From: Raillietiella orientalis
Taxonomy: Eukaryota
DNA length: 64,000 nt
Assembly (NCBI GenBank): GCA_036172245.1
Contig: JAYWIR010000058.1
Coordinates: 558,001 to 622,000, forward strand
Direction: 5' to 3'
Numbering within the stretch: the first letter of the stretch is position 1; each line of letters begins with the position of its first letter. The position numbers were made by a program, and so were the translations under genes. The notes below the pieces were generated by a model that saw nothing but the letters and a program-made list of their open reading frames with translations, searched no databases and was not told the DNA's origin. Shown piece after piece: positions 9,359 to 22,699 of this stretch.

Positions 9359-12110
9359 AGATCTTGGAGATTTGCATGTTAGTTTGGTGTACTGTGTTGA
9401 TATGTTTGCATTATGGGACTTCAGAACTTGATTTCCAATGTATCTGTAATGGAATCTGATATGATTGGAAAAAAAATTCCCTCCATACACTCCGAAGTAC
9501 GATTAATGAGAGTAATGTTCATAGTCAACGATAGTTCATAGCCTTTAGTCTTATAACCTGAAAATCTATAGATGCTGATTGTGAATATACTGAACTGAAT
9601 AGAGAACCACACGTGATCTGTGTGAAATGCCCCGAATTTTATAACCAAGATAGGAAAAGTTAATTACGTTTGAAATTTCTTTTCAAACCTTAGGAAGCTG
9701 AATAAATTTCGTTATGAAGGACTTTATAGGACAGAACTTTTAAAACAAAATGAAAATACACATAAAAAGAACAATTCGCTTTCTCAAAAATAGATTAACA
9801 CCTTGTTGAAGCAGATCAGTTTTGATCTCATGCTTGTGAGTGAGCTATCGTTCCAAATGTGAAGTTAAAAGTATTGAATGGAAACCTAATGTTTGAATAA
9901 GGTGTACAATATCATGGCTAATCTATGAATGGGGAATAACCGATAAAAACACCATTCATTTGTAGAATGATTGCTTCTCTTGAGATGAACATGCGAACAG
10001 TCATATATTGTTTTTCTGAAGCATTGTTCATACGCTATAAAATATATCCAATCTACTCTGAACGTTCTCATCAGACTGCGATTCCTATCATATTAACTTT
10101 CTATTAAAATTTCTATTACAATAAAGATCGCAGAAGAATAATTCTGCATTCCAAAATTATTCCTTCTAAACAGCATAACTCGAATTTAAACTGTACTTCA
10201 GATGGAAAGCAATATGAGACAATATACCATGTGGTTCTCTGGAAAAATTGTAATATGAGATCATATTAAAAGAATATTTAAGCTGCCATTTAATTAGTAA
10301 AGACAAAAGCTTTTAAAGTTTCTTTATATGGTATTCAGCTAAAATTACTAGTTATCTTAAACTATTCTTGTAATGTATGAGATATTCGCAGTCAATGAAA
10401 GTCTTTATTCTTTGAGTATAGGAACCAATGTTTTCATCATAGTTTTCATTATTAATAGATTTCAAGTACTGTTTTTTTTTTCTCTCTCTCAAAAACATTT
10501 GAATATTTTTAACTATGGAAATGATTGCATATCTTTTATGGAGGACATACACCAGCCTCCCCGTGGAAAGTGAACTTTTGGGTATAATCAGTGAGTGATT
10601 CAATGTGAAATATATTAATCTTCTCTAAAGATTATATTACTGAAGATAATATTCAAACACACAAAAACACGGTAGCTTGAGTGTATTGTTTGTTTTGTGC
10701 AAGTGTAAGTCGTAATGCTGCACTTTCCAATTCCACCTCTATACTACGTATTGTAGGCTTTACACCTTGATATAACCGCGGAAATTTTACATGGATATGA
10801 TCTTATTGTATTTCTAACACCATAAAAGTTGAGTACTATTAAATTCTGAGGAAAGTGTAGCGAAGTTACTTTAAGAGGTTCACTATGATGAAATCCGATG
10901 AATGTAGCTGATTCTGAATGGTAGAGGGCTTTTATGATGAGCTTTTTATACATGCACAGCTCCACACGACTTTTCGCTTAGAGATCAACCTTTTAAGCAG
11001 AAAATCCGGCGTTTCCTGGTCTCAATTTCATACAATATCCAAAAAAAAAGAAAACAATCACCTCTGAAATCGGATTCTCAAGAGAATTCTGTAGATGCTG
11101 CTACTAATTAGTTGCTTCTTTTTGAATTGAAACAAAACAAGACATAATTCAAACTTTCACCAGGGATCGAAATCTTAAAACTGTTTGTAGGTTTAAAAAA
11201 AACGAATCCGAAGCGCACTCGTCTTTGTGTAGTAACACACCTAAAACGAAATTATGGCTTGTCTGAAAATAGTTCTTCTCATACTCTTCCTAAGTCGAGG
11301 TACCCAAAGGAAAAATTCCAGATTGAATTTATTAAAATGATGTGGAAAGACTGCAAGTACTTATTCGAATACATGGCAATATTTGCAACGGATTGGGAAT
11401 CCCTCGAGATTTCCAAAGTTCCACACTTTTCGATTTAATTGAGAATCACCCGAATTCGTAAGGATCACAGAACCGAAACATGGCAAAAACAAGCTCAAAG
11501 AATCATAACAGCAGTCATTCGTTGACTACAGGCACGCTACGTTACGAGACCCCTAACTCGGGATACAGAGTAATCTGAAACATCAGGGCATTTAAGAAGG
11601 CTACACTGAATGCCACAGATCAAGAGATCTGAAGATTTCACTCCAAAAACGGTTTGCTGCGTGTTCTATTTCAACATGAACTAAAAAAAAAAAAGCTGCG
11701 AAGGCACACAGTTAAGAATATTTAAAATATTCTCAGTGTCTCACATGGTCACTGCAAGTGAAAATTTAGTATTTTGTGTACTTGACCTCAAATATCGTCG
11801 GCGATGTTAAGATTCCTCTTCAATAATCTGCAACTTGAAATTCAAAATCATTTTACGCTGCTCGGAGCTTCATTGTCCTGTGCCATTTTCGCTTAATTTT
11901 AGAGGTCCATGCACGGCAGTTTTTAGCTACGCATTAAGATGACACTGTCGAGGCGTAAGACTATTAAGAAATAAAAACAACCTAATGTGCATCAAAAAAC
12001 GGCGATTAAAACTATCGCTACGGATAATAAACACTACGTTGCTAAAACGGATTTAATTGGAAACATGAGAACAGACTTTAAATACACAAGTTTTTGGGTG
12101 CAAGATGTAT

Positions 12111-15100
12111 TCACCACGAAAACTGTTGTACTGCTGTCTTCACTCTGCGGGTAGAGATACATTTAGAAGATTACAAAAGTGTAAATTTGAATTTACTTAT
12201 CAAATAATGTTGTGTCATGAGTTCCTAAAAGTTGTTGTAACATTTTATACACTCCTAAATCTTTGAGTTTTTGCTGCCTTTCTTGTGCACCTTCATCTTC
12301 TTTCCAAATAAGATTTGATATGCAAAATGTGGCAGCTACTTGCAAACAGACTTGTGAATGCAACATATAATTCATTAGTTTCTTCAAAACATCCTCATTA
12401 GACATGATAAATTCCTTTGCCGAATTGCCATCAGCAATATTAGCAAGAATGCATAATGCTTGTTCCTTGACTTCCACATTATGGTCTCCTTCCAGAATGA
12501 GTACTACTGCCTGACCAAAAGTAAAATGATTGACACAGCTTGCTTTACCTGCATAATTTTTTGTCCATGCATACCCATTATGTAGTCTATATGACTCTTG
12601 CTTGATAACAAATTTCGTAATAATCCTAAGGTTTTCATTAGCACATTGATATTGGGATCAGCTAATAGTCCGAACATTTGATCAGTACCAAGCTGCCCCA
12701 AAATTTGTGTCTTCACTTTCTGATCTGCCTGAAATGCCATATTCTGACAGCATCGCCTGCCTGGCAGATTGAATTCTTCTCACCATTAAAGCCCAGATGC
12801 CATTTAGCCTGAGTGCTGGCTCATCTCTTACAGTCAAATTACAAAGCAAATCAACTACACCAGCCTCCAGAATGGGTTCTTTGGAAGGAGAAAACTCGAG
12901 CAAAAGATTGCATAAAGTAGAAGATGCTACCACTAGCAGATCATCAGATGCACCTGCCTGTAGCAATAGCTTAAGAACTGGCTGCCATACAGAATGATCT
13001 TGAAATGTAGTTCGCAGCTGTTGCACTGAACGACTTAATGAATGCAAACAGCGCATTGCAGCTAATTGTACTTCAGCATCATCATGTGTTTCCAATACTG
13101 CTAATAACTGTGCCATGAGTGGCTCAGAAAGAATGATTTTTTTACGGATGCTTTCATCATTGGCACCAAGAGATGCAAATGCCTAGGAGTCATGCAATGT
13201 GATGCCTTATCCTACTCACTTTGAAGGCAACTTGCTTCATTTGTGGTGCCCAGGGTTGTGTACAACGCAGATACTCTGACAAAGTGGGAATAAGCTGATC
13301 AGATATGGATGCCACCCTCTGCAGTTCAGTATCCAATTCAATTAGATAAGCCAAATAGTCAGCAGCTCGCACCTGATCTGACCATGTATTTTCTTTTTTG
13401 CACATGCGTACCTATGATAAATTCATTGCCAAGTTACCATCAGCCTTCTTACAAGACAAGATAATGTTTTGTACAGTACAAGAGGATCATCAGATGGGAT
13501 CACTCCTGCTCGATGTAGGTAAGTGATGCAACGAGCTGCAGCCAGTTGCATATCTTTGGATTGATCACGTGCCATCAACATGCCTATATAATCCAGCAAT
13601 CTTTTTCCTTCATAACTTTTAAAAGAGAGCAAATCATTGTCATTTTAGTGTTCATCTATACCGCAAGGTGATTATCTGAGAAGCAATAGTGCTGTTTCGG
13701 TAGCAAACTTGTGCCAAACAATTTAAAGCAGCTATCTGAACACGAAATGAACCTGTGGCTAGAAGATATGTTAAAGCTTCTAAAAGTCCATTCTGGGCAA
13801 GCAGTAATTGCTGTTCTTCAGTCTGGGAGTAGATCATAAATTGCAATATTATCGGTTAAGCAACATACTTTGCAAGCAGCTGTCAGGATAACAGGAATCT
13901 TTTCCTGGTTAATACTGTTGAGAGAGATGATAGATATGAGATGAGTTACTAAAGTTGGGAAAGTAAAAAGCATATCTGTGGGCACATTTGGCCACTGAAA
14001 CAATGTAGCCACACAGCGTTCATAAGCAATGACTAATGATGTAGGTAATTTTGGATCACAAAGTTCTGGAATAAAACCAGTGAAAAACAGAATACACTCA
14101 TGGAAACATACTCTCAAGAAGCACTGGCAGCACATTAGCTCTGAGCAAAGCAGGTGCATGTTCCCCACTATTCTTAACTACAGAGCTCAAGATAGTGGCA
14201 CATTCAACATATATAGGCTCATTTGTAAGTGGATCAGACAATAACTGTAGCAAACGTTCTATCACACCTTGTTCCACTATAGCAGCTTTGACTTTATTAC
14301 TGCCAATCACAGAATTTCTTAACAATCTGTCAAGAATACAGCATAGTAAATCATGAAATTAATGACTTCCTTATTTAAATAAATTGAGAAATGGAAATTT
14401 CCACGAGAAAAAAGATAAAAACCAAATTATATTTCAATTCACCTAAGTGTTTTTAGGAAATGAGCAATATTTTTTCTTACTAGTTTCAATATCAAATCCG
14501 AAAACTCTGAAACAATTTACCAATGTAGTTAATCATAAGTACTTAACCTAAAGAATGGCAATCTAGACAAAGAATGTAATCAAAGAACAAAATCCTAACA
14601 ATTATAAACATAATGCATTTCTTCCTGCATGGATCACTTAACACAGGAAAATGCACAAAGTTACAAAGTTGCATATAAATCAAAAATAAAGGTCAGATAC
14701 ATGAATCCAGTCTTTGTGCTGAAAACACAAGTTACAGAAAACAATTATCAGCATAGGATTCACTTTATTCAGAACTTTTAACACAGTAACATACTAACAA
14801 CTTACATTAGTGCCCCATAGCATTGATCTGGATCTCCTGTGAATACGTCATCCATGATTTTTCTATTACTCTCAATATTCTGACACTACAAAAGAAAGCA
14901 TCCAACAATCACTCAATTACAGGCTATAGTTAAAGAACCGACAAAGAAACAATGCTTTGTAGCTGTGCTAAAAGTTAAAAAATGAAAGATCAACTGAAAT
15001 GAAGTATTAGTTCATTGTAAAGCAAATCATCCAGTCAAGAGCACCAATGAATTCATACATACTTTTAAACATACATAAAGCTTAGACGATTAATTCATAT

Positions 15101-15185
15101 GAATAACTATCTGAAGAAAGCTTACTATTTATGTACAAATGGACTACCATGGCTTACTTACCGAGGAGAAAAAATTCATCTTCAT
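12111..15185 (-). CDS. ARMC8: Armadillo repeat-containing protein 8 (CTLH/GID E3 ligase subunit, Gid5 homologue), about 655 aa, 11 exons
   Basis: Exons 15185-15162 (tentative), 14879(or 14885)-14806, 14326-14112, 14065-13869, 13822-13662, 13615-13453, 13411-13220, 13182-12784, 12743-12549, 12510-12197, 12144-12111. All are phase-compatible GT-AG. Motifs [107 protein letters not shown]. Confidence 0.93.
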
Positions 15186-16449
15186 GATCTTAGATAATGA
15201 AATTTACTTTGATGATATAGGTGAAACATAAGTCGAGAAAAATCTCTTTTATTGAATTCACTTTCACGAATTTGTGTAGAAAACTGATGTAACTGTTGCA
15301 GCTATAGCATATTCAAAGTAATTGTCTGCTTCTAAATCTCATTTCTGAGATACACCAGTTTATGGTATTTTCAATATCATTCAAACATCTACAAAATTAC
15401 ATGAAAATTATTTTGTTATCTTATGTTTGATCAATGCAAAACAGTTCCTTTTCTTCTCCTTTTCATGTGCCACATGCCACATGCCTCCACACCAATTAAG
15501 AACTTAGAAAACGAGGAATTTAAATCAAACAGCAAATGGTTCCATTAATTTTTAAAGGAAAGCAATCAGCACTTTTCATAACATAACGCTAGTTTCGTTT
15601 CGACAATGGCTATCATGAGATAGCATGTAATATTGACATATAATCATGAACAATATTCATGCGGCCATAAATAATTTAATCCTGTATAAATTACATTCCA
15701 TCAAACAGTCCTGCTTCTTCACGAAATATCTGGACTCACGTTACAGACACAATTACGAAACAGATTATGTACTAGAGATACAACTTTCTTTGAAGTTATT
15801 CTTCCCTTGTAGAACAATATGGTTTTCATCTTAAGTTCCTCTCGAGAGCTTCAAAATGATAAAATAAACCCTTCAGTTTAGCATCAGTCTGGCAGCATTT
15901 ATAATTCTTGGACAGGATTCGATCTAGGATTTGTTTATGAAACGCTGTCTGGGCAGATTTGGAGTTGAACATAGGTCTATCATCTCATAGAGATGGTGAA
16001 TCTGTAAAGTATGTGCATGAAAATAATTCTTAATCGCAATTAAGTACAGTAATAAATACATATGTAAACTGCAAAATTCCAACTTATATATAAACTAGAC
16101 CTGTTTTTTTTTTTTTTTTTGAGTATCAAATATTTTCAGCAAATTCTTATTTATACAGAGAATCACTCAATAAAATTTTAATTTATTGGTTAGACGTTGC
16201 TCTTTCGATCTCTTTCATGATTTCAGCACACTGTTATAAAGTCAGATGAAGACCAGTTTTATTTTATTTCACTTCTCACATGATATTATTTCGATGACTT
16301 ATATTTTATAAAATTCTTATAAGATTATTCAGTTATAGATTTAATACACATTGGTGTGAAAAAGTCGCCAAAATACTGATTAGTTATTTAAGGGATGGGC
16401 GAGCATTAAATGTGAATACACCTTTGACCTCTGGGTTTCATGAAGACAT

Positions 16450-18600
16450 ACATTCAATCATCTTCGTGCCAAATCCATACAAACATGAAGTACTTGCAAG
16501 AGTGTCCTTGCAAAATAATTTCCTTGGTTCTCTTTTCATGCCTTTTGGCTAAGTTGCTGAAACAAAAAACATCCAGAGAAGGTATTCTTATCGCATGTGT
16601 GTCTTCGAGTCCACCACTTGATAAAGCGGTGTTTTTTTTCTTTTTGGGTATGTCTGTGTTGGGATAAAGGTAAGGGGGAATTCTGCTTTTAACTCACTGC
16701 GCTTTATACCCAGCAAAGCCCACAATCTTTGTGTTCAGTCGGGGTCACCTACGCTTTCGCCCTGCAATGTACGGATGTCGGCAGATCATAAAAGTTTTGG
16801 AATCTCGTTGTGCTTTTTGGATAGTTCTGATATTCATTACACCCATTCAACATGACATTTCTTTGATGCGCATCCTCTAAAAAGGAATCAGCCGGAAGGT
16901 GAATTCTTTGGTAGTCTGTCGATGTACTCATTCAAGTGAGAAATATTAGATCATGGGAAATGCCAAGCAGAAGATAATCGCCTTAGAACTTCGTGAATTT
17001 GAGAAACAAGTGGGAATGTTATGTCTTTGGGGGAATTTTCCATTCTCTTGTAATGGAATTACATCTATGGATCGGTCAGATTGCTCTTTTCAGAACAAAG
17101 CAGATGTTAATGTTCATAAAGAAAAACGATGGTTCATTGTTTCAAAGTGATTTGCTGATGTATCTATTTAGAAAGCTAGGGAACCCAATCGCTGATGATC
17201 ATGTTTTCAGTTTGTGGATTTTTGATATTTGTTAAATTTCTGTCTCTGACCAGAAACTTATATCCAAATTCCTGTTTTGACATTTTTCATCTAGCTTTAA
17301 GAATGTAGAAAAGTTATTTCCCTCATATTAAACTGTTTTATGCTACTTGAAGCTTTTGAAGGAAAGCATGTTTCATTGAAGTGATGTCTTAAGAATCTGT
17401 AGCCAACTTCGGATTTGTTCCTCTTACTATGATCAAGCATCTCTAGATGGTTCCAGTGCACATCGACGAGCTTTATCCATTTTCTTATGTGCTTTGCTTA
17501 TGCTCCATTATGGTCCTCTGCACAGCATCACTTTATGTGTCACCACATTTTTTACTTGAAATTCATCAAGTGATGATAGTCCCAAATGTTTCTTCCTTTC
17601 AAAAATTTTAAGACAAGATTCATACTTCAAACAATGAACTCATTTGCAAACAAAAAGATTCTTTGAAGAATCGTCTTTGAGTTCAAAATTTTTAATGCAA
17701 AGACAAACATTGCTAAGTGATCAGCTGCTGTTTTATCAAATGATATCTATAAGTTATTAGAAGGACGTTTTTGTCTCTTTCCTGTTTTGAAATTCCTGAT
17801 TTCAATGATATGCTGTCACTGGAAGGCAACATGAGGATTTTGTGAGAATAAGTTATCAGATATTAGAGATTTTTTATCAGCTAATTCAGTTATTTTTCAT
17901 GTTTTATCTCCTCCTTTGAAGACAGTTTGTCAAGAGACAGTTTTTTGGGGACTGTAACTTGAGTGTTTCTATGGGGTCCTCATTGGCTTGATCTTTTTAT
18001 CTTTGTTAGATTGTGGATGTTCTTTTCCTGAGCTTGAAGCAAAAAAAGAGAATCAGGGACACTCACCCAATGAAAATCTGATAAGCTTCGTTGTTGGGAA
18101 ACAGAGCAATTCAATATTTCCTCGTTGTCCAAAGTCAGAACTGGGATGGGATGAAAAGCATCAATAAGCAGAGAAAAATGTCATGGTGAGCTGATGAAGA
18201 CCTTGAAAACACCTTTCATTTTATTTGCTCGATCGATTGCTTTAAGAATTTCTTCTTGCCTCATGGGTTTCCGATCTGGGTCCGAGTCGTTGTATGCAAC
18301 CCTTTTCCGTCTGATGTCTTGGGTGAAAAAAGAAGAGCGGGTTTCCGTGAAACTCAGAAACTGGTGTAAACAAAGGAGATGACTGTAGACGACTGCAAGT
18401 TTGGTTTGATGGGGAATTCTGGTCAGAACAGCATCTTCTGCAACTTTGAATCTGCATAGTATCTCTGTTGCTAGATGACTTTCCACCGTGACTTCTACAG
18501 GAACGTTCCTCCACAGCTATTAACAGTGCGATTTTGATTGGACCGAGATGAAGGTAAAGTATCGAGTGCTACTCTGCTAGAGATATTACAAAGAGATATT
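16450..18600 (-). mobile_element. Very decayed AT-rich non-LTR element, possibly RTE clade
   Basis: Minus-strand remnants in RT order: 'QEEILKAI' (about 18240), 'FKGGDK' (about 17910), 'DEFQVKNVV' (about 17550). Similarity is weak. Confidence 0.3.
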
Positions 18601-18699
18601 ATATTATTACATGCCCCTCTTGTTGGTTTAGAGACAGCAATGCTTGTGCGGTAGAAGGGGACATACATTCGTTACTTAGGCAGCGCGCTACCTTGTGAG

Positions 18700-20700
18700 T
18701 TTTCCATTTTGGAGATGGCAAACGGCTGCAAGCAATTCTTCGGAGATCCCAAAGAATGCTTAAGGAGACAAAGGGAGCATGTAAGTGAACCTGCAAGAAC
18801 AGAAACACGGATAAGGCAGAGGTCATCAATTCGGGATTCACAGGTAGACGATGCTCATTTCCAACAAAGAGCTTCCCGAGGAAATCTCATCTTCATTGGG
18901 AATGAGATCTCTCTTCCATAAGGCAGAGGTCTTAGGACCATCAGCCCTAAAGACTAAGAGGGAACAGGGATGACGCAGGAAACTATGTATCGAACAGCCA
19001 CTGGGGCCGAGTGCGGAGCGAGGAAAATGGGTGTGAGGGAATGCTCCCGAAGAAGTGGTTCCCGGATTCCTTTTGGAAACTTCAAAAAATTACTTCAGAC
19101 AGTCTGTGCAAGAGCAGCAAGGAGGGAACCCTCTCCATTTCGAAACGTAACTCTTGACATGATATGACAGTAAAGGAACTCGGATGTTTGGTATGAATAT
19201 GCAGTGTGAATGGAAAAGAAAAAGGAATTTACTCAACCCCCTGTGGGATTGGGGAAAATACGAAACTCGTGCATGAGAGAAATGCACAGACTCTGCAGTC
19301 GGGGATTCCATTCAGCTGCAGGAGTGACATAAGAACTGAAGTATTAAGAGCTCACTGGAGCATCGGTATCTTTCGGATAATGCGCGGCATCTGAGCGACT
19401 CTCTCGCTTTTCAAAACCCTGCGGATAGCCGTTGCAAAATCTGTAAAGCATTTTCTCAGGAGGATGAAAAGAGGAGAATTCTCTGTTCTCCATGTTGCCA
19501 GAGTTCCTTGCTGGACACTGGTGTTGCAATTCTTCCTTCACTTTCCTATCACCTGGGTCCGTAGGAGGGCCCGTAGAAGCACCTAGAAGAATGCGAGGTC
19601 TCTGGCCACGAAGAGCCAGCCAGCAGCGATGGGCTCCCGACGACTGCAGCTATGAGAAAAAGCCCTCCCACCATCTACCTCCGGCGCACTTTGATTTCCC
19701 TCGGTGCGGAGGACATAATCTGGTAGCTCCGAGAGTAGGATGAAAGTGAGAAGTAGAGGGGAAATGGGAGGAGAGACAGATCCCTTCTCATGTAGTCCTC
19801 TGGAGACCTTTTAAACTGACCGAATGTTCCTGGACCATTCCCATGCACTCCCAGAGACCTCATGCGGGGTGTGTTGGTAGTCAGTCGTCACCTCGTTACT
19901 AAGTCGTTTTCTTCCGGCACACAGTCCTGGAGCGGGTTCGGACGACGCCCCACCTTCCCTCCGCAGTCAGACGAGGCCACCTTCTGCTCTCTGTATCACG
20001 GAGATTCCGGGGCGGAGGATGGCTTCATCCTCCGCGGGATAAGCGGACTTGACGCACACTACGGGTGCACCATCACAAGATGGTGCTGGCTCCAACGGGT
20101 GTCGGCAACGGTTTATGTTGGAAGGACATCCTCATGGCTCCCTTGGGGTGCCTTCCGAGTGGGAGAGGTCTCTTTCCCCAAGCAACTCGAACGAGGAAGA
20201 CCACTGCTGCCCAGAAGCGGACGGTGGATCCGACTACCCACCCACTCTGTGTGGTCTAGCGTCGGGCAAGCTCCGTCGAGCCATGCTTAAATAGAATTGT
20301 CCTTCCCTGCTCCTGATATTCAGAGGAGTTCCCAGTGCAGGCAGAGCTCAGCCTCCTTTTGTATGCCTCCGAGCTTGCCTGCTTCCGCCAAGCTCTGGAA
20401 CTCTTCGAGACTTCCTAAGAGGGAAGCCGAAAATCTTCCTGCAGCGGCTGTGAGGAAAGCATGGAGCCGCCGATACTGGATTCCCGAGTCCACGGTGTGG
20501 TCTCTAGGGCCGAGTCTTCTGAGCTCGTCCCTGAACGCCCTGTGCCTTCCAGCGTCTGCACACCACGACCGGCATCTGAACGCGGAACTTTCAAGACTTT
20601 CGAACGGACGGTGAACTTCTATAAACTCCTCAAGGCTTTCCTTAGTAGCGCAATCGTCCTGGTCTTCGAATCATAGGGTCAGTGAAAAGTAGAGTGTTGT
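18700..20700 (+). mobile_element. Decayed LINE RT and C-terminal region
   Basis: Faint colinear RT-like remnants (QFG..R at about 18830, WFPDSF at about 19055, YHLG at about 19550, 'GISGLD' at about 20040). GC-rich with frequent frameshifts. Confidence 0.4.
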
Positions 20701-20974
20701 AAAGGGGAGGAGGATGTATTTTTTTCCAACAGGAGCAGATTGCCATCAGGAACGAGTCCGTGACCTTTGCTGTCTCAAAGTCTGAGTCACGAATGGACGG
20801 AAGGGACGAATATGCAAAGTTTTGTCACCGTGTCGACTGCTCTTAGTCATCGGCTCCGAGGCTTCCTTTCATCTCACCTCCCACTTTGCACGAGGACGAC
20901 GCCAACTACGCCTTGTGCGCGAGATTGTGATGGTGATAATGATGAAAGAGGTTGATTTTTACCTGGGCTCGCCA

Positions 20975-22050
20975 GGGAGGATTATTCTTTAAAAATAAAC
21001 AATACAAAAGTAGTAGGGCCTTTAGCCCTACCATGTCCAGATTAGTGTGAACTTGTCGAGGATTTGGTGAGCAGATCGGCGAAGATTGCCTCAACAGCAG
21101 AGGGAAAGGGAGGAAAAGAAATAAAGTAAAAATATAAGTATAGATAAAGTAACTTTGGGGGAGAGGGCATGGGAGGAGATCACAGCCAACGTGGGGCCGT
21201 CCTCTGTATTCTCTCGAGGATGCCAGAAAGTTCCTCTTGCATTTCATGAAGTGGGACCATCTCGTTGCCCTCTGCAAAAAACGTAGGGCGAAATGGATGG
21301 CGCCCTTAGCTCGGCTTTCTCCTTTGGCACCGGTTCAGGAAGTCACAATCCAGTCCAGGCAGCAAAAAGATTCTAGGGATGCGGCTAGCGGCAATGTGCC
21401 GTGCACGAAGAGGAGTTTGGGGTCTCTGGGGTTGCTGCATGGAGTCCGGTGGATCATCGCTGCAAAGCGTCCCTGCAAAGGTCGCAGGGAAGCGCAGTAC
21501 ACGAGCAGGTGTGGAAGGTTTTAACGCTCTCCGCACCTGCTGCAATTCGGGTCTACACTCCCCCGCGTCTAGTGATGCCAGCGAGCGTTGGGTGGGACGT
21601 CCCAGTGCCACAACAGAAGCATCGACTCCTTCTAATTGATAGAGAAGGTGCGGTTGTTCAGGAGCGATGGGAACTACTCGAGATCCTCACGGAGAATGCT
21701 CAGCAGCTCACTCAGCAATGCACAAGTCCTCTTGGCTGAAGACTTGGGGTCGCAGCATCAGTCAGCTGGCCCGTGACCAACCAGTGAGCGTCCTGCTTGT
21801 GGAAGGAATTTCGCAGAAGGCTTAAGCCTTCTGCGAAATTTTGCCGGTAGGTTGCTACCAAGATGCTCCCTCAGGGAAAGCAGCTCCGCGTCACGGGAAG
21901 CCTGTTCTCCCCATGCACACCTGGTGGGATGCACGAAGATTTTCCGGAGCGAGCAGCTGTTATAGGAGTACAGCAATCGCTGCCGTAACTCTGGGCTCGA
22001 CTCGTTCTTCGCCCACATGCCAAATGTTTCCTGCAACCGGGAACTACCGT
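20975..22050 (-). mobile_element. Decayed LINE 3' half, same family as 2110-3480
   Basis: 'VDPNCSRCGER*NLPHLLVYC' (about 21495-21560) zinc knuckle. The 3' UTR at 20975-21190 aligns by eye with 2110-2300. Confidence 0.7.
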
Positions 22051-22699
22051 TCGCGGGGCACTAGGAGATTCAGGTGTTCTCCCTGGTCAGTGCAGCCACT
22101 TGCCTGATCTGGATTCCTCAATGGGACACGTTGCGGAGGAGGTGCTCAAGGAAAGAAGGGAGTCCTTCGCAGTCGACAGCTCATCAAACCAAGAGGCGTG
22201 CAGGTTCGCACTAGTTATTGTTCCAGTGCTTCGCCACTAGGGACAAAGTTCTCCATTGGAGCTACTGCTCCAAAAGCCCCAGCATCAGAAGGCCGAGACC
22301 ACCATCGCGACAAGGAGCACGCACGTCCCTCAGCTGATTCGGGAACTCCCAGTGCCCCACAGAGAGATCCTCAGGTCCTTTTCCGCTTTTTCACACTACT
22401 TGATATGCGACAAATAAAAAGCAGGGGGAAGAGAACGCAGGTCACGAAACTGCACCCAAGTCGCACCAATAGGCACCATCTACAATTTCGCCCTGTTCAT
22501 CTCCAGGCTTGTCCCCCAGCTCAACAACTCGAAGAAGCCCTCGAGTGCTGATGACTGAATGGACCCGGGGAGCAAGAGCAGAAGATCGTTAACGTAGACC
22601 GACACGGAGAGTACCGGGAATGAGGTTGGCAGGGCTGCCAGAGTCTCCTTGCTCTCAACACCAACTCAAAGTAGGTGCTGAAGAAGCCATCTTGCAGCT

